Shown: positions 9,345 through 19,945, counted from the first letter of the stretch. The stretch: DNA of 39,858 nucleotides from Cyanobacteria bacterium P01_A01_bin.123 (GCA_039815185.1 JBCBZT010000060.1:1-39858); one strand, 5' to 3'. A program made the numbers and translations. The notes: generated from the letters alone by a model not told the origin.

Positions 9345-9647
9345 TTACGCTGGCAACTTACTCGCTAGCACATCTGCATGCTCAATTATTGGAGGCTCGG
9401 CTAGGAGCTCTGATGCTTTGGCCATGAGAGTTTCAGCAATCTGTCCATCCAGATGCTTCTGTCGATCATCAGTACTCGTGAAGGAATCAACGATATAGAA
9501 CGTAGTTGCATTCGCACGCAGCGCAAACCATAGAGGTGTAAAGGATTCCGCCTGGGCAAGCGGCAGCGCCCCAGCGAGAAACTCCGCAACATCTTCACTG
9601 CGCTCGACCTTGGCTACGATTTTGACAACGAGTGCATGACTCAGCAT
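9345..9647 (-). CDS. ABM-family (antibiotic biosynthesis monooxygenase-like) dimeric alpha/beta barrel protein
   Basis: About 100 aa; FLAGALPLAQAE..T.LWFALR, F.IVDSF....RQKHL.G.IA; AAGGAG RBS 7 nt before ATG 9647. Confidence 0.8.
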   Translation of the reverse strand: MLSHALVVKIVAKVERSEDVAEFLAGALPLAQAESFTPLWFALRANATTFYIVDSFTSTDDRQKHLDGQIAETLMAKASELLAEPPIIEHADVLASKLPA

Positions 9648-9765
9648 ATTCAATCTCCTTCCTTGTAATTGGAAAATGGTCTGTGTAAGCTCACGGACTC
9701 CAATGTAAGGGAAAGAAAGAACTTATCATATTGTCGTAATCGCCAATAATGGTATCGTTTCCGAC

Positions 9766-10743
9766 ATGAAAATTTTTGTACTCGTTGTCAACGATATGTT
9801 CGATACCGGGCTCACAGCCATCCTCGATGTCTTGGCCGTTGCTAATGAGTTGACTTCAGTGGCAGGCAAGCAGGTGCGATTCGAGGTAACAATCGTGGGT
9901 GTCCGCAAGTTGATGCGTACTCGGCTGGGTTTGCAGGTGCCAGCTACGCTAGCAAAATCATCACCCCTTCCTGACCTTGTCGTTGTTCCCGCACTAGCCG
10001 ACAAAACACCGGAGACATTGAGTACAGCATTACAACGTCATGACGTGGTTGAGGCGCAGGATGTACTCAAGCGTTGGTATCAGTCTGGCACTCTAGTGGC
10101 TGCAGCATGTACCGGAACCTATATCCTGGCGGCGACAGGGCTCCTCGATAATGTGCATGCAACAACAACATGGTGGCTTGCGCCTGACTTTCGCAAACGC
10201 TTCCCTAGAGTCATCCTTGATGATTCACAAATGCTGGTGATCCAAAAGCAGCGAGTGACGGCAGGAGCAGCACTAGCCCATGTTGATTTGGCGCTGTGGA
10301 TTGTTCGTCAGCAGAGCCCTGAGTTAGCACGGATGGTGTCTCGCTACCTCATGGTGGATGGTCGAGCGTCTCAAGCCGTTTACGCAATGGCCGATCACTT
10401 AGCCCACAATGACGATCTGATCGAGCGCTTTGAGCGCTGGGCCCGTCAAAATCTCAATAGCTTTACGATGGCAGCTGCTGCAAAGGCAGTAGGCACTAGT
10501 GAGCGTACTTTGCAACGACGACTCCGCGAGGTGTTAGGACGTACGCCCATCGCTTTTATTCGAGACCTGCGCGTTGAGCAAGCAGTATACCGTCTTCAAA
10601 CGACTAATGACGGTGTTGAAGAAATTGCTGAAGCTGTTGGCTATCAGGACGGTATTACCTTGCGGGCTCTACTTCGAGAAAAGACGGGATGCGGTATTCG
10701 GGAGTTGCGGAATCTCAACAAGCGGTCGTCGGATGTGGTTTAA
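9766..10743 (+). CDS. GlxA-family regulator (DJ-1/PfpI domain + AraC HTH)
   Basis: AAACTGTYILAATGLLD..ATTTWW, TAGA; C-terminal SERTLQRR and EIAEAVGY. Confidence 0.9.
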   Translation: MKIFVLVVNDMFDTGLTAILDVLAVANELTSVAGKQVRFEVTIVGVRKLMRTRLGLQVPATLAKSSPLPDLVVVPALADKTPETLSTALQRHDVVEAQDVLKRWYQSGTLVAAACTGTYILAATGLLDNVHATTTWWLAPDFRKRFPRVILDDSQMLVIQKQRVTAGAALAHVDLALWIVRQQSPELARMVSRYLMVDGRASQAVYAMADHLAHNDDLIERFERWARQNLNSFTMAAAAKAVGTSERTLQRRLREVLGRTPIAFIRDLRVEQAVYRLQTTNDGVEEIAEAVGYQDGITLRALLREKTGCGIRELRNLNKRSSDVV

Positions 10744-10943
10744 CTATCCGTTTCTTCAGAATCAGACTTCACTTCAGGGATAAAGTCTGGTCTGTCCCTA
10801 CCTTCCCAACCTGCGGGACGTTTCGCGTTATACCAAGCGATAGACCCAATTCCCACTGCGGCGACAAAGCCCACCACGTAAACCAACGTGAAATATAAGG
10901 GAAACCCTGATTCTCCTGCCGCTGCGCTCAATAACATCGTCAT
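10740..10943 (-). CDS. psb35: Photosystem II assembly protein Psb35
   Basis: FPLYFTLVYVVGFVAAVGIGSIAWYNAKRPAGWE..DRPDFIP single-TM signature. Confidence 0.85.
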   Translation of the reverse strand: MTMLLSAAAGESGFPLYFTLVYVVGFVAAVGIGSIAWYNAKRPAGWEGRDRPDFIPEVKSDSEETDS

Positions 10944-11082
10944 TTTGAATTAATCCTTTAACTGTTTTCGAAATCAAACGTGAGGGGGAACGACGGGATC
11001 GCCTCCAACAAACCGATGCCCTTACCAAGATCTGACTGCTAAGTCTAGTATCACCGAGATGGGTTCGGCCAGCTGAGTGACA

Positions 11083-13554
11083 CTAGCCGTCTCCTTCGCT
11101 GCTGGCCCCATCCTCACTGGGCGCTGGGGGTGGAGGTGCCGCAGGTGGAGTCGGTGCTGGGGGAGGCGTGGGGGCCGCTGGGGGCGTCACTGGCACTGGC
11201 GCAGGTTCAGATGGCGGCGCGGGCTCAGGCGGAAAGGTTGGTGCCGGATTTGCGCCACTAGGAGGAGAGTCTGAGATCGGCAATGCTGGCTCTGGTGGCG
11301 TTGGGGTTGTAGCTGGGTCAGATGAACTCGGTAGCGAAGGACTCCCAGACGGTTGATCGTTTTGAGCAGGCCTAGAAGGCGATGTGCCAGTTCCCTCACT
11401 GCCGCTGGGAGCGTTGTTACTATCAGCGGTTGTCGGTTCAGAAGGGCCTGATGAGGGCGCATTTGTGGTCTCGCCACTATCATCACTGCGGGCAGTGGTG
11501 GTTCTTCCCGGTCTAACGGGTTCAGCCTCAATACTGCCTTCACGCCCGGCCAATCTGGGGAGCTGCGGAAAATCCTGCACAGGAATATCATCAACAAATT
11601 GGGCAACAAACTGACGCCAGGTGTAAGCAGCACTGCTGCTGGCCCCCCAAGTGGGGCTACTGTCATCATTGCCCAACCAAATTCCGACAACCAGCTGGGG
11701 AATATAACCGACAAACCATAAATCACGGTTGCGTTCGGACGTCCCGGTTTTACCGGCAACAGGCCGACCAATGTTCGCGTTTCGCCCCGTTCCTCCCTGA
11801 ACAACACCTTGCAGCATCCAAGTCATAATGGCAGCGGTATCTGGATCAACCGCTTGTTCAGATTCAATATTAGCTTCGTAGATGACCTTGCCTTGGCTGT
11901 CGATAATCCGACGAATACTGTGGGCTTCAAAATGCTTGCCCTGCGTTGCTAAGGTGCCATAGGCGCTAGTCATCTCAAGTAAGTTAACCTCAGATGCCCC
12001 CAAGGCCATAGAGTAAGTGGGCACCAGCTCAGACTTAATGCCCATGCGCTGAGCCATCTTCACCACGGGGTCAAAACCAATGTCGATCAATACTTTGACC
12101 GCCACAATATTGATCGATGAGGTCAACGCCTGCTTCATGGTCACATTACCCCTATAGCTACCGCCATAGTTTTTGGGTTCGTAGCCATCGACGACAAACT
12201 TAGCGTCAGTATAGGGTTTGTGTGGGGATAACCCAGCTGCAATCGCAGTGGTGTAAACAAATGCCTTAAAGGTCGAACCCGGTTGACGCTGGGCCTGAAC
12301 GGCTCGATTAAACTGACTTTCATTGAAATCATTGCCCCCCACCATGGCTTGAATTTCACCCGTACGCGGATCAATAGCAACTAAAGACGCCTGCTCAAAA
12401 CGTTGGCTGGGGCCAATTTGTTCAATCGTGTTGCTGATGGTTTCTTCTGCAATCTGCTGCCGTCGAATATTCAGGGTCGTTTCAACCCGTAAGCCACCAG
12501 CTTCAAGCTGGTCAGGGGTTAAGATTTCAGCCAGCTGCTGCTGCACATAGATGGTGAAATAGGGAAACCGACTATAGAGATATTTGCGTTCATTGGGTGT
12601 GATTGCAATGTCTGCACTAAGGGCGACTTGAGCTTGGGAAGCAGTAATGTTGCCGTTCTCCAACATGCGGCGAATGACTAAATTGCGTTGCCGACGAGCA
12701 GCGGTTGGATTTACCAGGGGAGAATAAACGCTGGGGGCCGGAGCCATACCTGCAATCAGCGCCGATTCAGCTAGGGTGAGCTGATCAACGGTTTTACCAA
12801 AATAGATCCAGGCGGCATCTGCGACACCGTAGGCCCCTGCCCCCAAATACACCAAATTCAAATAGCGCTCTAGAATCTGCGGCTTATCGAGTTCTTGCTC
12901 AATCTTAAGTGCCAGCAATGCTTCTCGGGCCTTGCGTTGGATACTGCGCTCTTGATCCAGGAAAACAATCCGAGCCAGTTGCTGGGTGATCGTGCTGGCC
13001 CCTTCAACGACTTCTCGCTCTCGGAAATTGGCTAGGATTGCTCGGGCAATGGATTGATAATCAACTCCTTCATGCTGATAAAAGCGCTGATCCTCAGACG
13101 CAACAAAGGCTTCAACTAGCTGAGAGGGCAGATTATCATAGCTCACCTTATCCCGTGTCGCCGGGCCAATCTTTTGCAAAATCGTGGCATCAGAGGCGAT
13201 CAGCGTCATCGTGCCATCACGCTCATAGGTGGTGACCGCAGTCACATCAGGTAGATCAACCACGGTTGCGTCCCAAATGCGATAGCCACGGGTGATCACA
13301 CTGGCCGTACTCGCGCCTAGGAACAGAACAATCCAAAACAGTGGCCGAAAATAGAGTGGCCGCCGATAGGGTGTATGGGGCAAAGGCCGCCGCTTCTGCC
13401 TAACATGAGATTTACGACTCAGTCCATTAGCATCGCGGACTAACTCCGATCGCTTTCCCATGTCAGAGTGCGCACCATAAACGCTACTTGATGAAGGCCG
13501 GGGTCTGGCGGATTGGCGAGTAAGTCGCTTTAGCCTAGAGAACAAGTTTGTCAC
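11083..13554 (-). CDS. Class A penicillin-binding protein (transglycosylase/transpeptidase) with Pro/Ser-rich tail
   Basis: EDQRFYQHEG, GASTITQQL, RKAREA, GSTFK (SxxK), SIN (SxN), KTG; start set to GTG 13554 (GAGGA RBS). Confidence 0.93.
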   Translation of the reverse strand: MTNLFSRLKRLTRQSARPRPSSSSVYGAHSDMGKRSELVRDANGLSRKSHVRQKRRPLPHTPYRRPLYFRPLFWIVLFLGASTASVITRGYRIWDATVVDLPDVTAVTTYERDGTMTLIASDATILQKIGPATRDKVSYDNLPSQLVEAFVASEDQRFYQHEGVDYQSIARAILANFREREVVEGASTITQQLARIVFLDQERSIQRKAREALLALKIEQELDKPQILERYLNLVYLGAGAYGVADAAWIYFGKTVDQLTLAESALIAGMAPAPSVYSPLVNPTAARRQRNLVIRRMLENGNITASQAQVALSADIAITPNERKYLYSRFPYFTIYVQQQLAEILTPDQLEAGGLRVETTLNIRRQQIAEETISNTIEQIGPSQRFEQASLVAIDPRTGEIQAMVGGNDFNESQFNRAVQAQRQPGSTFKAFVYTTAIAAGLSPHKPYTDAKFVVDGYEPKNYGGSYRGNVTMKQALTSSINIVAVKVLIDIGFDPVVKMAQRMGIKSELVPTYSMALGASEVNLLEMTSAYGTLATQGKHFEAHSIRRIIDSQGKVIYEANIESEQAVDPDTAAIMTWMLQGVVQGGTGRNANIGRPVAGKTGTSERNRDLWFVGYIPQLVVGIWLGNDDSSPTWGASSSAAYTWRQFVAQFVDDIPVQDFPQLPRLAGREGSIEAEPVRPGRTTTARSDDSGETTNAPSSGPSEPTTADSNNAPSGSEGTGTSPSRPAQNDQPSGSPSLPSSSDPATTPTPPEPALPISDSPPSGANPAPTFPPEPAPPSEPAPVPVTPPAAPTPPPAPTPPAAPPPPAPSEDGASSEGDG

Positions 13555-13776
13555 TGTCGATCCTCTTTCACCACAACATGCTCTAGCGCAGCGCGACCCA
13601 TGACTGACGATCCTAACAACAAAACCACGAATCGCCCCCTGAATACCCTGACACAACCGAGCGAATCATGTTTCAAAGATTCTTCGTAATTTATCAGGAA
13701 TCTACATCCTTTTCAAAGATTTCTCTATCGACAAGCCTGATAGAGAACGACGCTTTTCTCATTTTAAGGGTTTGGT

Positions 13777-14847
13777 TTAGACCCCAGCGTGCCCCAGTGC
13801 CAAGGCAGCTACCAACATCCCTAACACCAAAAAGGGTTGCGCGCTGGCCTGATATTTAACGTCATTTTCTAAAGGAGCCCTTAGGAAATACATATCTTGG
13901 AACGTGATTTGCGGAATTACCAGCAATATCAGCAGCACCGCATACAAATTCTGATGAATGGCCATTAAATACGCTGCGATTCCACATTGGAAGACATCGA
14001 TCATCAAAACACAAATCCAGGCGGCAGTCGTCACCCCAAACATCACCGGCAAAGACTGGAGACCTAACTGGCGATCGCCCTCGACGCTCTTAAAATCATT
14101 CACGACAGCAATACCCAAGCCGGCCAGACTGTAGAACAACGTCAATACCACAATGGTCAGGTTGAGGTCGCCAAACAAGGCATGGCCAGCCCACCAGGGC
14201 AATGCGATGTAGCTAGCACCCAAAGCATAATTGCCCAACCAGCCATTTTTCTTCAGTTTGAGCGGAGGGGCAGAGTAGATGTAAGACAGGAAGGATCCGC
14301 CAATAGCCAAGACCGTAATAGATGGGAATTCGTGCCCTGCCCACTGATCTAAACCGTAAGCCAGTCCAATCCCAGCCACAAGCAACACGAGAATCTGCGC
14401 CACCACCTGCGGAATTGAAATTGCCCCTGATGGAATCGGCCGGTAGGGTTCATTAATGGCATCAATGTCGCGATCGTAAAAATCATTCAGAGTTTGCGTG
14501 TAGCCTGCCAGCAATGGCCCAGACAACAACATACAGGCTGCCGCAATCAACACCGATTCCACGCTCCAAACGTAGTTGCCCGACGAAGCTGCGCCACAGA
14601 CAACTCCCCAAATTAGAGGAATCCAAGTGATGGGCTTCATCAGTTGCAGGCGAATCTTCCAGATGGAAGTTTCGCCCCCCCTGGCCCCTTTCATCCCTAA
14701 AAGCTGTCGAGCTTTACCCTGGGAAGCGTCAGTCTCAGATTTAGCCTCAGCTCCAGGCGAGACGGCAGTCTCTGCCGGTTGGCCAGTTTGTGGCTCAGAG
14801 ACCTTGGTTAAATCATTCTCAACTGGCTGGGAGGCTTGATCAGACAT
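13777..14847 (-). CDS. chlG: Chlorophyll synthase
   Basis: ARQLLGMKGA, IRLQLMKPITWIPLIWG, NDFYDRDIDAINEPYRPIPSG, NDFKSVEGD, NDVKYQASAQPF. Confidence 0.97.
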   Translation of the reverse strand: MSDQASQPVENDLTKVSEPQTGQPAETAVSPGAEAKSETDASQGKARQLLGMKGARGGETSIWKIRLQLMKPITWIPLIWGVVCGAASSGNYVWSVESVLIAAACMLLSGPLLAGYTQTLNDFYDRDIDAINEPYRPIPSGAISIPQVVAQILVLLVAGIGLAYGLDQWAGHEFPSITVLAIGGSFLSYIYSAPPLKLKKNGWLGNYALGASYIALPWWAGHALFGDLNLTIVVLTLFYSLAGLGIAVVNDFKSVEGDRQLGLQSLPVMFGVTTAAWICVLMIDVFQCGIAAYLMAIHQNLYAVLLILLVIPQITFQDMYFLRAPLENDVKYQASAQPFLVLGMLVAALALGHAGV

Positions 14848-14995
14848 GGTAAAAATGCAAGACAACAGCAAAAACAGGCGCGGCTCTCTTTATCGTGGCA
14901 TGATTGTTGCCCAGCTTGCAGCGCTTAAACTGCATCCATCTGAAAAGTTGAATTTTTAGGTTAGGGAAAGACGATGGATTCGCATAAAGACGAGG

Positions 14996-16090
14996 TTAGA
15001 AAGTGATGATCAAATACTGATCCTGAAATTTAGCCCCTTGGACAGGCTTACCCGCTAAGCTTGGCGGCACGATGATATTCCGCCGCTGATCACCTGCTTC
15101 GATGGTAACTTCTGGGCCATATTGGGTGAGTTTCACCTGCTGCTTGGTAAACCCAGGCAAAAATAGCCGTACAGTACTGCGCTCCAGATCAATCGCCACC
15201 GGGCTCGGCATTGAAGCGGCACGGTTCAGATCGGGTAAGGCAGCAACGAGGGCATCCCAATTTTGATTGGCAAATTTAGGTAAGGGGGTGATAGCCAGCG
15301 GCGCAAAATTTGAGGGATCAAGGCTGTCTCCAACAACTGGGTTGAGCAGCACACCACCGACGGTCAGCCCAACCTGTTGAGCACTGCCCCAAAGATATTT
15401 CGCCGTAGCTACGGCCGCAGGGTCAGCGGTTGTCACCAAAAACGCGGCAACCCGATTAGCATCATTAACGGCATCTCGTCCACTACCCAACACATCACTC
15501 ATTTGATTGGTGGGTTGATCCAGGATATCGCCCGACCAATTGACGTTGAGAACTGCGCTGGCAATAGGCTGAACAAATGGAGAGAGTGCCCGACCCAAGT
15601 CAGAATCTTGAAACACCTGACGAAAACGGCGGGTATACCAACTCAAGATTTCAGGCATGCCCCACATGCGCAGGGTTGTGATTCCCCCCGGGCCATCATA
15701 GACGATCACGTCATAGGCATTTTCGGCATCGTATTCACGGATGGCATTGAGGGCAAGGGCACTGTCCATACCGGGTAATACACCCAGTTCTTCACCATAT
15801 ACCGCCTTAAAGAAAGGAGTACGCAGATACTGAGCTTCGAGTTCCTTGACGGAGTCCCAACTTTTAGCTAAGAGCGCAGCAGTCTGCAATTGCACAACCC
15901 ACAGTTGGGGGGCTAAGACTTGGGGGTCAATGGTGAGAGATTGCCCTACTAAGTAATCAGCGGCAGGGGTCGGGTCTTGAATCGCTAATAAGACTCGCTT
16001 GCCCTCGCTTGCAAATCGCTTGGCAGCGGCTACAGCCATTGTCGAACGTCCTACCCCTCCCTTGCCTAAAAATGTCAAGAGAAAAGCCAT
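14996..16090 (-). CDS. ArsA/Get3-family ATPase with C-terminal alpha-crystallin-like domain (Get3d/All4481 type)
   Basis: GKGGVGRST P-loop, ELGVLPGMDSAL, C-terminal LFLPGF.KQQVKLTQYGPEVTIEAGDQRRNI. Confidence 0.88.
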   Translation of the reverse strand: MAFLLTFLGKGGVGRSTMAVAAAKRFASEGKRVLLAIQDPTPAADYLVGQSLTIDPQVLAPQLWVVQLQTAALLAKSWDSVKELEAQYLRTPFFKAVYGEELGVLPGMDSALALNAIREYDAENAYDVIVYDGPGGITTLRMWGMPEILSWYTRRFRQVFQDSDLGRALSPFVQPIASAVLNVNWSGDILDQPTNQMSDVLGSGRDAVNDANRVAAFLVTTADPAAVATAKYLWGSAQQVGLTVGGVLLNPVVGDSLDPSNFAPLAITPLPKFANQNWDALVAALPDLNRAASMPSPVAIDLERSTVRLFLPGFTKQQVKLTQYGPEVTIEAGDQRRNIIVPPSLAGKPVQGAKFQDQYLIITF

Positions 16091-16216
16091 GACGATGTAA
16101 TAGAGGTCAGAAGTGTTTGATTGATATAAACCTATCCCAATGCTTGTCTTTCTGCTTATCTGGTGTCCTCAGGGCAAAATGACGTTAGCTAGACTGAACA
16201 GGCGGCTCAGCGATCG

Positions 16217-16408
16217 CTATGCAGGAATAATTTCATCTTCGAAAAACCAAGTGGAGAATTTATCGTCGAATTCAACGATGACGCCCACATCGCTACCATC
16301 AACCATCTTGTAGTCTTGAACGATGCCAATTTGCCCAAGGCGTTGAGCGATTTCAGCAGAGACGCGATCGCGTAGGCGACAGACCTTAACTGTTTGTCCG
16401 ATTTCCAT
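16217..16408 (-). CDS. petP: Cytochrome b6f-associated PetP family (DUF2862)
   Basis: MEIGQTVKVCRLRDRV..YKMVDGS.VGVIVEFDD..STWFFEDEI. Confidence 0.82.
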   Translation of the reverse strand: MEIGQTVKVCRLRDRVSAEIAQRLGQIGIVQDYKMVDGSDVGVIVEFDDKFSTWFFEDEIIPA

Positions 16409-16549
16409 ACCCAGACTCGACAAATTTCCCAGATTGATTACAGCAAAACCAATCCACAGTTTATCAGCGTCTTGTCCCCAATTGGCGGATTCTGACGCAG
16501 AATAGCTAAGGTAACTGATAGCCAGGTCACTGGGGTGTGGGAGGGCAGC

Positions 16550-17326
16550 ATGCTGGCGAAACGAATTCTACCTTGCTTAGATGTCAAAGCCGGACGGGTG
16601 GTTAAAGGGGTCAATTTCGTAGACCTCAAGGACGCCGGAGATCCGGTGGAACTGGCCCAAGTTTACGATGCAGCTGGCGCCGATGAACTGGTGTTTTTAG
16701 ACATCACGGCCACCCATGAAGACCGGAGCATTATTTTTGACGTGGTGCACCGTACGGCAGAACAGGTGTTTATTCCCCTGACGGTGGGCGGCGGGATTGG
16801 CGATTTAGAGACGATTAAAAAACTATTGCGGGCTGGGGCTGACAAGGTCAGCATTAATTCAGCGGCGGTACGCAATCCTGAGTTAATTAAGGCCGCCAGC
16901 GATCGCTTTGGCGTGCAGTGTATCGTTGTGGCAATTGATGCCCGCCGCCGGGAAGACCCCAATAATCCAGGATGGGACGTTTATGTGCGGGGGGGGCGAG
17001 AGAACACAGGCCTAGACGCGATCGCCTGGGCACAAGCAGTAGTCGATCGGGGTGCCGGAGAACTCTTGGTAACTAGCATGGATGCAGACGGAACCCAAGC
17101 AGGCTACGACCTAACCTTAACCAAAGCGATTGCCGAGCGAGTCGCCGTTCCTGTGATTGCTTCCGGAGGAGCGGGTACCTGCCAGCACATCTTCGAAGCC
17201 CTGACGGAAGGACAAGCCGAGGCAGCCCTACTCGCATCGCTTTTGCACTACGGGCAACTCACTGTTAAGGAAATTAAAACTTATCTAAGAAATCGACAAA
17301 TCCCTGTGAGAGCCTTGGTAGCGTAG
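16550..17326 (+). CDS. hisF: Imidazole glycerol phosphate synthase cyclase subunit
   Basis: [45 protein letters not shown]. Confidence 0.97.
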   Translation: MLAKRILPCLDVKAGRVVKGVNFVDLKDAGDPVELAQVYDAAGADELVFLDITATHEDRSIIFDVVHRTAEQVFIPLTVGGGIGDLETIKKLLRAGADKVSINSAAVRNPELIKAASDRFGVQCIVVAIDARRREDPNNPGWDVYVRGGRENTGLDAIAWAQAVVDRGAGELLVTSMDADGTQAGYDLTLTKAIAERVAVPVIASGGAGTCQHIFEALTEGQAEAALLASLLHYGQLTVKEIKTYLRNRQIPVRALVA

Positions 17327-17394
17327 GCATTAAGGGTGAATTACCCTGGGTAAGAATAAGTAAGCAAAGGCCAATCTGTAATAACTCTAAAGAA

Positions 17395-17766
17395 ATGAGG
17401 GCATCTCTTTTAAGAGATGTTACGATGATTAGAGAAGGAAAATTATGCCCTTTGCACTTCCCCGCTTTTATGTTGCTTCTGATTTTGGTCGTTGTCATTG
17501 CTCTGGTAGCTTGGGCGCTCCGTTTAATGGAGAGAGCAATTGAGTGCCAAGAATTTTCTCTCATGCTAGCTGGCTTTTTAGTAGCTTCTACTGCAGCAGC
17601 CATGATGACTGTTTACTTTTTGATGGGACATTACATGGTCTATATGACCCAAACTGCCCATGCGAGTACTTTGGGTAACCAAGTCAGCGTTGCTGATTTT
17701 GATCAAGCCTTCAATCGAGATTGGGAAGCGTTTGAAGCCGTTCAAGCTTCGGCAAGTTTACCCTAG
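17395..17766 (+). CDS. Hypothetical 2-TM membrane protein
   Basis: Two hydrophobic segments around QEFSLMLAG; the real start may be ATG 17470. Confidence 0.6.
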   Translation: MRASLLRDVTMIREGKLCPLHFPAFMLLLILVVVIALVAWALRLMERAIECQEFSLMLAGFLVASTAAAMMTVYFLMGHYMVYMTQTAHASTLGNQVSVADFDQAFNRDWEAFEAVQASASLP

Positions 17767-17895
17767 CTAGTTTTTTTAACCGCTGCGTTTGAACCGAAGC
17801 TTTATTAACCCGACCTAGTTTTTGAAGCAACCCGAATGAAGCAGCTGAACCATACCTGCAGGCATTGCCTTTGTTTAGGTAGAGACAGAATCAGG

Positions 17896-18426
17896 CTATT
17901 CTGAGCTCGGGCGACTCGTCCCAAGCCTGATCTCAGAGCAGAATGAAGTCAGATGTATATCATTAGCTATTTCCAAAACATTTGTGCGCATCCGCAGATT
18001 GGGGTTAGCAAACCACAGGCGCTCTTCAGCTCGAAAATGATCTGCTTCCGATACTAGGGTTAATATCTCATCTTCGAGGGCATAGTATCCCAAAATGGGG
18101 GGATGACTGTCATCTTGGGCTTGGCGCAGTAGTCTACCCTGGTGACCCTGAACGGGCTCCAGCAGAACAACAAAAGTAGTGCTTTGTTGTCGCTGAGTTT
18201 CGCCGTCCATCAAACTGTTTTGGCTGACGCGAAAACCACCTAATGCTGTAGCGGGATCAAGTTGAGCACGCTGGCAGAGCTGTGCAACGTTGGGGCTGGT
18301 GGAATCGACCCAGTCAACTTGCAAATCTGACTGTCCAGACTTAGAGACCTGGCTCACTAAGTCATGAATTGTGCGTTGGGAAAACCACTTCCCCGCTAGC
18401 TTTTCAAAAAAGTTCACAATGTCCAT
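17896..18426 (-). CDS. Phycobiliprotein lyase, CpcS/CpeS family (possibly CpcU-like)
   Basis: FFEKLAGKWFSQRT.H, EERLWFANPNLRMRT, FCSEIR. Confidence 0.85.
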   Translation of the reverse strand: MDIVNFFEKLAGKWFSQRTIHDLVSQVSKSGQSDLQVDWVDSTSPNVAQLCQRAQLDPATALGGFRVSQNSLMDGETQRQQSTTFVVLLEPVQGHQGRLLRQAQDDSHPPILGYYALEDEILTLVSEADHFRAEERLWFANPNLRMRTNVLEIANDIHLTSFCSEIRLGTSRPSSE

Positions 18427-18712
18427 TGAACGCCCAATACTTCACCACAATGCTTAACTTTCCTCATTTTAAGCCGAAGCGGGCAATCCAAAATCTTGAC
18501 TCCGAATTAGCTAAAATAGCAGTCACAGGCTCTGCCTGCTATTTCGGAGATTAGGGAGTGGTAAGCTAACCAATACGCTTAGTACAGCAACCCCTTACAC
18601 CGTTTTGCGCGGTTGCAAGTCACATTGACTTTGAACAAGGCGATTTAGCCCTACTAGGCGTTCTAAGTAATGTGGCAAAAGCTATAGCTGGCGTATTTTT
18701 GGTGACCTTTGC

Positions 18713-19774
18713 ATGACCGGAACACATCAGATTCCTTACCTTTTAAGAGCCGTTCGCGGTGAATCCTTAGATCGTCCCCCGGTTTGGATGATGCGACAGG
18801 CGGGTCGATACATGAAGGTGTATCGCGATTTGAGAGAGAAGTATCCTTCTTTTCGGGAAAGGTCTGAGAATTCGGAGTTAGCTATCGAGATCTCTCTTCA
18901 GCCTTGGCGCGCATTTCGCCCTGATGGGGTGATTTTGTTCTCCGATATTTTGACCCCGCTGCCGGGCATGGGCATTGACTTTGACATTGTTGAAAGTAAA
19001 GGCCCGGTGATTGATCCGCCGATCCGTACTCAAGCCCAAATTGATCAGGTCCATGAACTTGACCCTGAGGGGGCCGCACCTTTTGTGGGCCAAGCCTTGA
19101 GGGCATTGCGCCAGGAGGTGGGTAATCAGGCAGCAGTACTTGGCTTTGTTGGCTCCCCCTGGACTTTAGCGGCCTATGCCATTGAAGGTAAAAGCTCTAA
19201 GAACTACACCGTGATTAAGGGCATGGCGTTTTCAGAACCGGCCATGCTACATCAGCTTTTGGGCAAAATTGCAGATAACATTGCCCGCTATGTCCGCTAT
19301 CAAATTGATAGTGGTGCACAGGTGGTACAGCTGTTTGACTCTTGGGCCGGACAGTTAAGTCCTGAAGATTACAAAACATTTGCCCTGCCCTACCAAAAAC
19401 AGGTCGTGCGACAGGTCAAGGCAACCCACCCCGACACCCCCTTGATTCTTTACATCAGTGGCAGTGCTGGTGTGCTAGAGCTGATGGCTGAGTCGGGGGT
19501 GGATATTGTCAGTGTGGACTGGACAGTGGATATGGCCGATGCCCGTCGTCGCTTAGGGCCCAAGATGATAGTCCAGGGGAATGTGGATCCTGCAGCATTG
19601 TTTGGATCTAAGGCTTTCATTCGCGATCGCATTTTGGACACCATTCACAAAGCTGGCAATCATGGCCATATTCTGAATTTGGGCCATGGGATTTTACCCG
19701 GTACGCCTGAGGAAAATGCCGCATTCTTCTTTGAAACGGCAAAACAGGTGGATCAACTCTTGGTGACCCAGTAG
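18713..19774 (+). CDS. hemE: Uroporphyrinogen decarboxylase
   Basis: [39 protein letters not shown]. Confidence 0.97.
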   Translation: MTGTHQIPYLLRAVRGESLDRPPVWMMRQAGRYMKVYRDLREKYPSFRERSENSELAIEISLQPWRAFRPDGVILFSDILTPLPGMGIDFDIVESKGPVIDPPIRTQAQIDQVHELDPEGAAPFVGQALRALRQEVGNQAAVLGFVGSPWTLAAYAIEGKSSKNYTVIKGMAFSEPAMLHQLLGKIADNIARYVRYQIDSGAQVVQLFDSWAGQLSPEDYKTFALPYQKQVVRQVKATHPDTPLILYISGSAGVLELMAESGVDIVSVDWTVDMADARRRLGPKMIVQGNVDPAALFGSKAFIRDRILDTIHKAGNHGHILNLGHGILPGTPEENAAFFFETAKQVDQLLVTQ

Positions 19775-19798
19775 GTAAACCAGTAGGTAAACCAGTAG
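19768..19798. repeat. 12-bp tandem repeat spanning the hemE stop
   Basis: CCAGTAGGTAAA x2 + CCAGTAG. Confidence 0.85.
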
Positions 19799-19945
19799 TT
19801 CTAGGGTGTTTAATCCATTAAACGCGAAAAGCTTTATGGCTGAACCTTGCCGCGCCCGACCCAACTCAACGAACTAGGGGCTATAACCGTTGTTCTAAAA
19901 GCAATGGACAATCTAATTGATGGCAGCCCCTAGTAGAGCGGGCGC

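Noticed and set aside
11077..11807. Gly/Arg-rich alternative ORFs over the PBP tail
   Set aside because: By-products of Pro/Ser-rich codons.
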